From the NCBI GenBank assembly GCA_963743635.1, contig CAVUQO010000002.1:32001-96000 (forward strand): a stretch of 64,000 bases of DNA, written 5' to 3'. This document shows, piece after piece, positions 39,954 through 48,837 of this stretch. The position numbers and the translations under genes were made by a program. The notes beneath the pieces were generated by a model that was not told where the DNA came from, did not search any database, and saw only the letters and a list, made by a program, of their open reading frames with translations. Position 1 is the first letter of the stretch; each line of letters begins with the position of its first letter. This DNA is from Candidatus Babeliales bacterium. Its GTDB lineage: Bacteria > Babelota > Babeliae > Babelales > Vermiphilaceae.

Positions 39954-40688
39954 TTATTTATTTCGTTCAGAGTCACCTGGTTTTGAGACGTAATAATAAA
40001 AATAATAAGGTTCATCAATCGTTTCTTCGGTGCGCAATAACCCTGATCGAGCTATTTGCATAGCCCAATCGGTATCTTCCCCGCGAAATTTTTCAGGGAA
40101 TTTAAATTGTGCGGCTATGGATTTTCTTATTGGATTTAGGTGATTGGGAGGTCTGAAATATGTATTATTTTTTTCAAAATAGCTCTTATATTCAATAGAA
40201 TGAATGAATTTTTTAGCTCTTTTGCCATTGAATGTGATGATACCAATGAGGCTTACGCAATCAGGATTGTTGACTAATTTTTTTGAGATCAGCTCTATAT
40301 AATGATCATGAATATCGTCATCATCATCGATGAAACTGATATATTTACCTTTACTTTGCTCCACAAGGACATTGCGTTTATGGCCAACAGTATGCTCTTT
40401 CCGTTTATCTTTATAATAAAGGACTTCGATATGGTCTTGAAGATTTAGATCGTGTATCTGTTTGGTGAGTTTTTCATATAATGCGTTAAAGGAAGTCTCT
40501 CTTCCTTCAATGGTGCAGATTAAGATGCTCCACAATTTTTGAGGCATCTCTTCTATTTGGGTATTATGCCGGTTGTGAGGATCTTTGGGAATGTCTTGAT
40601 TGGCGAGCATAAAAAAAGGTTGTATGCAGAAGCAATAAATGCTCAATATCAGCATTCGTTCTACATAATTATTTTTAATCATGAGCAC
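39954..40688 (-). CDS. Single-domain GT2 glycosyltransferase (C-terminal domain of the 35815/42908 type)
   Basis: WSILICT, FIDDDD, EDTDW; 3' end highly similar at DNA level to the 42908 gene. Confidence 0.82.
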   Translation of the reverse strand: MLMIKNNYVERMLILSIYCFCIQPFFMLANQDIPKDPHNRHNTQIEEMPQKLWSILICTIEGRETSFNALYEKLTKQIHDLNLQDHIEVLYYKDKRKEHTVGHKRNVLVEQSKGKYISFIDDDDDIHDHYIELISKKLVNNPDCVSLIGIITFNGKRAKKFIHSIEYKSYFEKNNTYFRPPNHLNPIRKSIAAQFKFPEKFRGEDTDWAMQIARSGLLRTEETIDEPYYFYYYVSKPGDSERNK

Positions 40689-40760
40689 TCCTTTATATTA
40701 CTCATAGATAGATATGGGTATATCTTGCCGTGAAAATTTAAATATTGCAAAGCAACTTGC

Positions 40761-41861
40761 CTATCTTAACAATGCCGGTTCTTTATAACCAATTTCTAGC
40801 AAATCTTGAAGCCATGCCCTTATTAAAGCGCTGTCTTTTTCTAAGTAAAATTTATGAGCGACCATAGCGTCTGTTAGTTCAATAACGCGATCAAAAAAGT
40901 TAGTTTGTTTGGACTTCCAATGTTTTAGTAGATTTACTAAGTTGCCCGCGTGAACATACAGATCTATTTCATCAATAAAATCATGCATCAAATTATGCTC
41001 ATTGCGTTCTTGTATAACTGCTGGAGGCATAAAGCAGAGATTGCCGCCTATATCCCATAGTAGCCGTTGCGCCCAATAGCCGCGCCAGATATCGCATACG
41101 CGAAATTTAGGTGTTACGGGAATGAGTAGTCCCCAAAATGCCTGTGAGTGAAAGATGGTAATTTGTGTATTGAAGGGACATAACGTTCCTTCAGGTAGGG
41201 AAATTGGTTGTGCGTGTTGATTGAACACAATAGATCCGATTCCTTGCGTCAAACGAAAAATAGCATCTACGTCAGGATCGAGATCGGCGAGTCCTTGCTG
41301 AATGTAGGGATGTGTTTCATGTTTTAAAATGGGTTTTCTTGATAAAACTTTGTCTAGTGGATAACCACGAGGCCATATTGATGGCTGACCAAAATGAGCA
41401 TAGGCATTCACGACAGGTTCTTTTGTTTCATAGAGTAGGGTTTCTGCCGTTGAGGGAAGATATTCTATGGTATTATGGATTAAAATATTGTCGTCATCCG
41501 TGTCATAAATAATGGTCGCGCCATTTTTTATTGCATATAAATAGCCAATATTTTTTCTGCTGTAATGATTCCAAGGCAACAATTTGGTGATATGAAAACC
41601 GAGCTGCTCTTGTTTTTCAGGGCTTAGATAGTCGCAATTTTCTAAATGCCAATCGATTGGAGTTTTTTTGTCGCCTACAACTACGACACGCCAATCTTTG
41701 AGCGCGGCCAATTTTTCAAGAGCCTTGGTTGGATGGTTGATGGTAGTAACTACAACCCAACGAGAAGCAGGTTTAATGGCATCGCACAATAAAGGTTGAT
41801 GGCAAAAACATACAAAAATGCCGCCGATGATACTTGCTACCAGGTTCAATATTCGTTTCAT
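40761..41861 (-). CDS. STELLO/DUF288-like glycosyltransferase, N-terminal-domain type
   Basis: WVVVTTIN, VVVGDKKTP.DW, RKNIGYLYAI, YDTDDDN, WPRGYPL, DPDVDAIFRL, DIWRGYWAQRLLW. Confidence 0.85.
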   Translation of the reverse strand: MKRILNLVASIIGGIFVCFCHQPLLCDAIKPASRWVVVTTINHPTKALEKLAALKDWRVVVVGDKKTPIDWHLENCDYLSPEKQEQLGFHITKLLPWNHYSRKNIGYLYAIKNGATIIYDTDDDNILIHNTIEYLPSTAETLLYETKEPVVNAYAHFGQPSIWPRGYPLDKVLSRKPILKHETHPYIQQGLADLDPDVDAIFRLTQGIGSIVFNQHAQPISLPEGTLCPFNTQITIFHSQAFWGLLIPVTPKFRVCDIWRGYWAQRLLWDIGGNLCFMPPAVIQERNEHNLMHDFIDEIDLYVHAGNLVNLLKHWKSKQTNFFDRVIELTDAMVAHKFYLEKDSALIRAWLQDLLEIGYKEPALLR

Positions 41862-41872
41862 ATATTTCCTTT

Positions 41873-42742
41873 TTAAGATAATATTTGATTAAAAATTTGA
41901 GTTATCATATCTCTATTTTCTTTTTTGGAAAATTTTATAGGGTGGACCCAGCTGGCATGCCTAGGATAATTTTTTATTGTAAAGTTATGACCCCAACGCC
42001 AATCCATGCGCAATTGCTCCCAATTTTCTATAAGATCTAAAGAACAAAGCATAGTAGGAATGGCGATTTCACAAAAAACTTTTTTTAATAGTTCGCTTAA
42101 TCTTAAGGTAGCATCTCTGAACCTGCCAGGAATATAAAAGAGATCGCACCATATGCCGGGAATATTATCTTCACCAACATTTTTTTGTAAAAAATAGAGC
42201 TCTTGGGTATTAAATTTGGCATGTGCATTCCAGACAGCTTCAAAATAAATTGGCCACCATATCCAAGTTTGATCGCCCGTGCATGTGCCATTTGCATTTC
42301 GGATAGAAAAAAATAGGTTGCGTTGGTTATTGGCTCTGACTGCAAGCCAAATCTTATCAAGGTCATAAGAGAGATAATTCCAAAAATTTAAGATGCAATC
42401 ATCTTGTAAAATGAGATAACCATCATAATTAGGGAACTCAGTGAGAGCGTGTTCTAGCACTTCATGCAGGAAGTATCCAAGGCCAGTATTAACTTTATGT
42501 ACTTGAGGATGCGCCCTTTCTCCATAAAAAACGATATTTTTAAAAATAGGGGAATATAGATTCTTTATGAATTCTATATTGTCATAATATGGATGATTGA
42601 AATTGATTACTAATAAGACATTACGGAATTTTTCTTGATAAATTCTTAGAGGTTCATTGTGAGCAGTAAGATTGCGTGATGATGTAAATAAGCAGAATAT
42701 ACTTAATAAGGCTATGAAATTAACATAGTTTGTTTTGATCAT
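41873..42742 (-). CDS. Protein resembling the C-terminal half of STELLO/DUF288 proteins
   Basis: VLLVINFNHP, GYLILQDDCILNFWN, DLFYIP, EIAIPT, HPIKFS. Confidence 0.6.
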   Translation of the reverse strand: MIKTNYVNFIALLSIFCLFTSSRNLTAHNEPLRIYQEKFRNVLLVINFNHPYYDNIEFIKNLYSPIFKNIVFYGERAHPQVHKVNTGLGYFLHEVLEHALTEFPNYDGYLILQDDCILNFWNYLSYDLDKIWLAVRANNQRNLFFSIRNANGTCTGDQTWIWWPIYFEAVWNAHAKFNTQELYFLQKNVGEDNIPGIWCDLFYIPGRFRDATLRLSELLKKVFCEIAIPTMLCSLDLIENWEQLRMDWRWGHNFTIKNYPRHASWVHPIKFSKKENRDMITQIFNQILS

Positions 42743-42907
42743 TCTTGCTCCTTGTTACTCATTTTTTCATATTTACCAGTTAATGAACTGGTGCCGCCAA
42801 AAAGTGTTGTTATAGCCTCTTTAGTGTGGTCTCATCTAGGTTGACCTCCAGGTGCAATGATTCAGTTGAGCGATGCAACATAAGAATCTGATAGGAATGT
42901 ATGGCCC

Positions 42908-44251
42908 TTATTGGTTCCGTTTAGAATCACCAGGCTTTGAGACGTAGTAATAGAAATAATAAGGTTCATCAATCGTTTCTTCGGTGCGCAATAACCCTGA
43001 TCGGACTATTTGCATGGCCCAGTCAGTATCTTCGCCACGATTTTTTTCAGGAAAAGTAAATTGTACCGCTATGGATCTTCTTATTGGATTTAGGTGATTA
43101 GGGGGTCTGAAATATGTATTATTTTTTTCAAAATAGCTTTTATATTCAATAGAGTGAATAAATTTTTTGGGTCTTTGGTCATTAGACCTGATGATGCCAT
43201 TGAGATTTACGCAGTCAGGATGGTCACCCAATTTTGTAGCTATAAGCTCTATGTATTTATCATGAATATCATCGTCATCATCAATGAAGCTAACATATTT
43301 ACCTTTGCTTTGTTCGAGAAGGACATTGCGTTTGTGGCCTACAGTGTGTTCTCCTCGTTTGTCTTTAAAGTAAAGGACCTCAATATGATCTTGAAGATCT
43401 AGATCTTGTATTTGTTTAGTGAGTTTTTCATATAAAGCAGTAAAGGATGCTTTTCTTTCTTCGATGGTGCAAATTAGTATACTCCATAATTTCGGAGTTG
43501 CCCGCTCTATCTCTTTCTGGGGCAGATCAAAAAAGTTTACGCCTCGCTGTGCAAAGATTATTTTATCTTGGTTATGATACGTTTCATTTTTTTTATACAG
43601 ATTATCTTTGGGTGCAAGATGCCATGTGTGGTGATTATGCTTCATAAGAACTTGATCAACAACCTTTTCCTTTTTGAGTATTTTGGAAACATTAGTGAGT
43701 TCAACATCACATACGAGTGCTTTGTATGCAGGATGATATATGTAGCCAAAACGTTTATAATATTTGCCTCCCAGGATGGGGATGGTATTACATTGTCTGC
43801 CAACTTTGCCATCATTAATATTTAATACGCCATCAAAATCGGGAAATGCTTCTTTCATATTCTGAAACAGGATGGCATCAAAATTTTTCACTACCGGTAC
43901 TATGTCATCCGATGCGACGATGAGCATATCAAAATCAAAATTATTAACATCTTTATTATATGCCTCTACTTTTGAAGTGCAGTTGCCAAAGCTAAAGACT
44001 AAATTGGGATATCTTTTCAACTTTTTGATGACATCCTTATTATTCATACTGGTGTCATCTCGGTCGCACGTGATTAAAAAGGTGAAGGAAAGTGTATGAG
44101 AAAGATTTTCATAATAAGTATCAAGATTTTTAAAAAACTGATCAGGTCTTGAGCGCGTAGGTATTTTGATCAATAATGTGGAGTAGTTAGCAGATATTTC
44201 GAATGAGCTTAACAGTAACATATATAATAAAAATTTTTTGATAAGGTACAT
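42908..44251 (-). CDS. Two-domain GT2-like glycosyltransferase with signal peptide
   Basis: PTRSRP, ASDD, FPDFDG; WSILICT, FIDDDD. Confidence 0.82.
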   Translation of the reverse strand: MYLIKKFLLYMLLLSSFEISANYSTLLIKIPTRSRPDQFFKNLDTYYENLSHTLSFTFLITCDRDDTSMNNKDVIKKLKRYPNLVFSFGNCTSKVEAYNKDVNNFDFDMLIVASDDIVPVVKNFDAILFQNMKEAFPDFDGVLNINDGKVGRQCNTIPILGGKYYKRFGYIYHPAYKALVCDVELTNVSKILKKEKVVDQVLMKHNHHTWHLAPKDNLYKKNETYHNQDKIIFAQRGVNFFDLPQKEIERATPKLWSILICTIEERKASFTALYEKLTKQIQDLDLQDHIEVLYFKDKRGEHTVGHKRNVLLEQSKGKYVSFIDDDDDIHDKYIELIATKLGDHPDCVNLNGIIRSNDQRPKKFIHSIEYKSYFEKNNTYFRPPNHLNPIRRSIAVQFTFPEKNRGEDTDWAMQIVRSGLLRTEETIDEPYYFYYYVSKPGDSKRNQ

Positions 44252-44395
44252 AGAAGCATTCCCATTTTTGTAAAAAGTTCATTACAGAGATCAACGATAT
44301 TTTTTTCAAAAACAATATAGCGTAATTATTATATTGTCTACTAAAAGCTATTGACAAAGCTCTTCGCTAGTTAGACTTTTTTTAATCTTCTTTTC

Positions 44396-45955
44396 TTACT
44401 TCCCACCACGTGCTAATGATTCAACGAGATCCACCAATAAGCGGACGCCGAAGGCGGGGGCGGAATGGCCTGTATATTCGCGCACTGTTTTTGCGCCAGC
44501 GATGTCGATATGCAGCCATGGGGTGTCCTCCACAAATTGTTGTAAGAAGCATCCTGCCATTTGTGTTTGTGCGGTGCGACTATGGAGCGGTGCGTTGCGC
44601 AGATCGGCGATGTCTGATTGCAGGCGGGCAGTATACTCATTATTGAGTGGCATTTGCCAAACGAGTTCTCCAGTGCGGGCGGCTGATTGCTCTGCGCATT
44701 CGATCAACGCAGTGTCATTGCTCATGATTGCCGCATAACAACCGCCAAAGGTTTGTTTGCATGCATCAGTGAGTGTAGCGATATCAATAATGTAGTCTGG
44801 ATTATGGCGCGTGATTGCATACGTAATTGCGTCTGCAAGAATCAAATTACCTATTACTTTACCGTCTGTTATTTCGACTATGCTTTCATTAGACATGCTG
44901 ATAAGATCGCCAGTTTTGAGTGCAGATTCATTCATGCTTTGTTGCACGAGTGGGGCAATTACGAGGATGTTAGCCGGTATATTGCGATACGCGAAAACGT
45001 TGAGTGCCGTGAATACTGCAGCAGCGCCTGATGCATCTATGCTCGGTTCGTTGACGTTATGCGTAATGCCACTGCCAATGAGTGCAATGGTAGGAACATT
45101 CGGACGTCGTGATTTGAGGTAGTGTGTTACCAATGCGCAGGGTTCATCAGATCCTTGTGAAGCGCCAATTAAACCACCCATTCCCATGCGTGCTATGTCT
45201 GCTTTTTCAAAAATGATCGTTTCAATTTTGGCGATATAGGGAAGAATATACTGCGCTGAGGTTGCGGCAAGTTTGGTGGGGCTCAGCGTATGCGCGGGCG
45301 TATTAATCCAATCGCGCGCTTGGCATATTGAAATGCCTAAATTCGATCCGATACGCAGACCGATATTGACGTCTTTAAAATCATTAGGTGTCTGCATGTG
45401 TGCGTGAACACAGACTCGTTTAACGGCAGGCGCAATTTTTACGTTTTTGACTGCGTTATATTCATAGAGACTAATGTAGGTGATGGTGGCAATCTCTTGA
45501 GCAATTTCTTTCATCGTAGCATCTACGCAGGAAGGAAGGGCTATATGCACGGTGTCGATGCCCCTTTTTGAGGCTTCTTGCAGTGCGCGTCCAAGGCAGC
45601 GTCGAAAAGCTTCTATAGTAATTGGTCCATTGAGCGTTGAGCCAAGGCTGCTTGCAATAATGGTATGGTGAGAATCAGAAAAAAATGCCGTTTCTGCTGC
45701 ATCGGCGCTAAAATCGTTCTCTTCGAGAAGCGAGGGCAGCTGGTTGTACAGCTCGGGTAACTGAGCGGCAAACCCACCGCTGATCTCTCGATCATTGTCG
45801 GCCGCTTGATAGACAGGGACAATGAGGGCCTCATTATTATATTGTTCTGTGTCTGCGGTGGAATCATGAATATCGAATATAAAATCGCGGTCTGCATTGA
45901 TGATAAGAGTGATTGAGAGAGAGAGCAAAAGACTGGTGATGAGAGCTTTTTTCAT
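44396..45955 (-). CDS. M17 leucyl aminopeptidase homolog, catalytic residues degenerate, signal peptide
   Basis: ARDWINTP, MGG, GAAAV, LILADAI, IDIATLT, GELVWQMPL, SDIADLRN, WLHIDIAG. Confidence 0.88.
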   Translation of the reverse strand: MKKALITSLLLSLSITLIINADRDFIFDIHDSTADTEQYNNEALIVPVYQAADNDREISGGFAAQLPELYNQLPSLLEENDFSADAAETAFFSDSHHTIIASSLGSTLNGPITIEAFRRCLGRALQEASKRGIDTVHIALPSCVDATMKEIAQEIATITYISLYEYNAVKNVKIAPAVKRVCVHAHMQTPNDFKDVNIGLRIGSNLGISICQARDWINTPAHTLSPTKLAATSAQYILPYIAKIETIIFEKADIARMGMGGLIGASQGSDEPCALVTHYLKSRRPNVPTIALIGSGITHNVNEPSIDASGAAAVFTALNVFAYRNIPANILVIAPLVQQSMNESALKTGDLISMSNESIVEITDGKVIGNLILADAITYAITRHNPDYIIDIATLTDACKQTFGGCYAAIMSNDTALIECAEQSAARTGELVWQMPLNNEYTARLQSDIADLRNAPLHSRTAQTQMAGCFLQQFVEDTPWLHIDIAGAKTVREYTGHSAPAFGVRLLVDLVESLARGGK

Positions 45956-46135
45956 GGTAAAATCTTTCCTTTTTTAAAACTAATTCTGGCTGTTTTTAGG
46001 ATTATCATAGGATGGATGTGTATAGCAAGGGAAGGGAGAAAATCCGTCTAAAATGAAGCCTTCGACCAGGAAGGGTTGACTAAATTATCCAGTGCTTCAT
46101 GCTTAATATAAAGCACTTTTTTAAGGATTTAAGAT

Positions 46136-46870
46136 ATGAAATTAGGCATTGTTATTCCCGCCTATAATGAAGAAAAACGTATTGGTGATACCTTACAGGC
46201 GTATTCTAAATTTTTTGCAGAACGGGCAGCCCAAGAAGGCTTTGAGTATGAGTTTATTGTGGTACTCAATGGCTGCAGGGATAATACCCTTCAGGTAGTG
46301 GAACAAGCAGCTGAGAAATTGGGTTCAATCCATGCGGTAAACCTTAAAGAGGCCGGCAAGGGGCTCGCTGTAAAAGAGGGATTTGCGCAGGCATTGGATC
46401 GTGGGCATACCCTTATTGGGTTCTTGGACGCTGATATGTCCACCGAGCCTGAGCATTTTTATGATCTGATCGCTCATGCGCATCGCAATGATGGGGCTAT
46501 TGCCAGCCGTTATTTACCGACTTCTAAGGTTTTTCCACCGCGTCCGGCAATGAAAACCTGGGGACGAAAAATTTTCTATAACGGGTTAACCCGTCTACTC
46601 TTTGGCCTACGTTTTGCAGATTATCAATGCGGCGCCAAGCTATTCAAACGGCCGGTTATTGCGGCCATAACGCCCCAACTTATGGTCAAACAGTGGGCGT
46701 TCGATGTCGAAGTTCTCTATTTGGCCAAAAAACATGGATTTATCATTCATGAAGAGCCGACCGTATGGACTGATAAAGCAGGGAGCAAGCTCCAGCCCTT
46801 TCGCGCTGGGATGTATATGCTCTGGTCTTTAATGGAACTGCGCTTCAAGCATTCACCGTTCAGCAGGTAA
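46136..46870 (+). CDS. GT2 polyprenol-phosphate glycosyltransferase (Alg5/DPM-like)
   Basis: VIPAYNEE, GKGLAV, FLDADM, DYQCGAKLF, WAFDVE. Confidence 0.88.
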   Translation: MKLGIVIPAYNEEKRIGDTLQAYSKFFAERAAQEGFEYEFIVVLNGCRDNTLQVVEQAAEKLGSIHAVNLKEAGKGLAVKEGFAQALDRGHTLIGFLDADMSTEPEHFYDLIAHAHRNDGAIASRYLPTSKVFPPRPAMKTWGRKIFYNGLTRLLFGLRFADYQCGAKLFKRPVIAAITPQLMVKQWAFDVEVLYLAKKHGFIIHEEPTVWTDKAGSKLQPFRAGMYMLWSLMELRFKHSPFSR

Positions 46871-47052
46871 TCCGGACAGGTTTGGTACCCCATATCCCCG
46901 CCTTCAGGGGCTCATGTGGGGAAAACAGGGAGCTTGACTAAGGTTATGGGAAAAACCCCACCGATAAGCCGATCTGGAGGGGGCGGTTTATTTTGTTGCC
47001 TTCTATGCTATAATCTATATTAGAATTAATATAAGATTTTTAAGGAGTTTAT

Positions 47053-47658
47053 ATGAAGAAAATAATCTTAAGTTTACTATTGCTCCCCGGTATCGCCTTG
47101 GGGAATCAGCCGGCAGAACAAACAAATGATGAGCTTTCTGAGGTTACAACGAGCACAGTTTGCCGCCAAGCGGATGAGCCAAAAATAGTCGATTTGGTTC
47201 AACAATTATGGGATGCTCAATTTTATCAAGAAAGAGTATCGCCTGCCCTTGGTGTGGCTGCTGGCATTTCTACTTTTCCTGTTGCATTGTATAAACTGTT
47301 CAAAGTGGCTGAATCTGCATCTAATGTGCCGTGGTATAAGAATCATGTTGTTTTGCATCAATTTGTAACGATACCTTGCGCTGCGGGATGTATTGCTGCG
47401 ACAACCGCTTTTTTATGTTATAAAGCAATTAATAATTTCGTTATCGATGATCCTGCAACGGTAAAAGAGCAAATCAAAAGAAGAATTATTCAGGCAGATG
47501 GCCTTGAGTGTCTCACTGAAACGAGTAAGCAAGGGATTCCTCCACTTAACCGTTTAGGCTCTATGAAATTGTCTATTCTGAAAAGTAGTAAGAATGATGC
47601 AGGTGAATTGCATGCGCTCTTAAAACAGAAAATTTCGTTCCTGACCCCAAAAAAGTAA
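47053..47658 (+). CDS. Hypothetical secreted/membrane protein
   Basis: AAGGAG RBS, signal peptide, two hydrophobic segments. Confidence 0.7.
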   Translation: MKKIILSLLLLPGIALGNQPAEQTNDELSEVTTSTVCRQADEPKIVDLVQQLWDAQFYQERVSPALGVAAGISTFPVALYKLFKVAESASNVPWYKNHVVLHQFVTIPCAAGCIAATTAFLCYKAINNFVIDDPATVKEQIKRRIIQADGLECLTETSKQGIPPLNRLGSMKLSILKSSKNDAGELHALLKQKISFLTPKK

Positions 47659-47676
47659 TATCTTGCAAATAAACGT

Positions 47677-47714
47677 AACGGGTGGTTGTTGTATATCAGC
47701 AACCACCCGTTTTT
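47677..47714 (+). terminator. Intrinsic terminator
   Basis: aacgggtggttg/caaccacccgtt plus T run. Confidence 0.8.
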
Positions 47715-47742
47715 GCGTCAAGAGGTAATGGAAATATAGTTA

Positions 47743-47975
47743 GTGAGCGAATTGTGAAATTCGGGTGACTAAAGATGGCTATGTTATTGTATTCCGTTAT
47801 CCCTCGCCACATTCTTCGCTTCATATTCATTCACCTCAGAACACTCGGGACGAACGGAAATGACAACCTTTCCCCGTTCGCCCTGAGTGATTTTTATTTT
47901 TGTCCGAAGGATAGAATAAAAATAGTGGCGAAGGGTAAGGGGAGCGCAGCGTCTTGAATTTCACAATTCGCTCAC
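47743..47975. mobile_element. MITE-like element with 20-bp perfect terminal inverted repeats enclosing a REP doublet (47792-47944)
   Basis: gtgagcgaattgtgaaattc (47743-47762) and gaatttcacaattcgctcac (47956-47975). Confidence 0.7.
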
Positions 47976-48074
47976 AAGTATAGTTAGTTATAGGCGTTAA
48001 ATAATTGATGTTATGTCATTATCGCTTATACTATACGCGATGTAATTTAATCATATTTCATGATGAGGCTTCAT

Positions 48075-48593
48075 ATGAAAAAAATGTTTTTAGGCTTGTT
48101 GATGGTGCCATGTCTCGCATTTGGTATGGATGATCAAGCGCCGCAGCAACAAGTTGCCGAGAAGCCGGTTCTCGCACTTATCAATAAAATTCGTCAAGCA
48201 AGGCGCGATCGGTATTGGCCGGGGCTAGTGCCTGCGACAGTAGGCTATATTGGCGGGATGCTCTTTGGGGTTGGTGCAGCAATTCAAGGTGACATACGTT
48301 CAGTCGAAGATGCTCAAGTGACCATCTATTCTGGAGTTTATGTTGGGGAAGTTCTGGCGCATATGACGTTGGGTAAGTTATTGGGCGTTAACAAGCTGTA
48401 TGCAACAGAGCAAGAAGCAAAAACCGAGTTATATGAGCGCCTTGAAAGAGAGAAGAATGATGTTGCTGAATTGTGTGAATGTAAACAACTTGTTGATGAC
48501 AATATGAGATGGGATTTGACCTCTTATCATGATGCTTATAAGATCAGCGATGCGCTAGACGTTGCATTAGCAAAAACAGGCAATAATAATTAA
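48075..48593 (+). CDS. Hypothetical secreted/membrane protein, distant paralog of 47053..47658
   Basis: MKKMFLGLLMVPCLAFG-MD; similar architecture and terminator. Confidence 0.7.
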   Translation: MKKMFLGLLMVPCLAFGMDDQAPQQQVAEKPVLALINKIRQARRDRYWPGLVPATVGYIGGMLFGVGAAIQGDIRSVEDAQVTIYSGVYVGEVLAHMTLGKLLGVNKLYATEQEAKTELYERLEREKNDVAELCECKQLVDDNMRWDLTSYHDAYKISDALDVALAKTGNNN

Positions 48594-48619
48594 TTATAAA
48601 ATCCAGGCAAAAATAAACG

Positions 48620-48661
48620 TAACGGATGGTTCTATACCAAGAGCCATCCGTTATTTTTTTT
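48620..48661 (+). terminator. Intrinsic terminator
   Basis: taacggatggttct/agagccatccgtta plus T run. Confidence 0.8.
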
Positions 48662-48808
48662 ATTCTACTTCGCAAAAGACCACATACTTGTAGCATGTCG
48701 ATGGAGGCGAATAGAATAACCCGACGAAGCAAAACACTTCCTGAGGTATTACTTCCGTCTTCGCCCTACGGGCTTCTTCGGACACGTCGAAGTATTGGCG
48801 AAGCTGGG
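48654..48808 (+). repeat. Composite REP-like element with nested insertion
   Basis: cccgacgaagcaaaacacttcctgagg...tcgaagtattggcgaagctggg matches the reverse complement of 18865-18925. Confidence 0.8.
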
Positions 48809-48837
48809 TCAAATTAATTTTGTGCGATACAAGGGTT

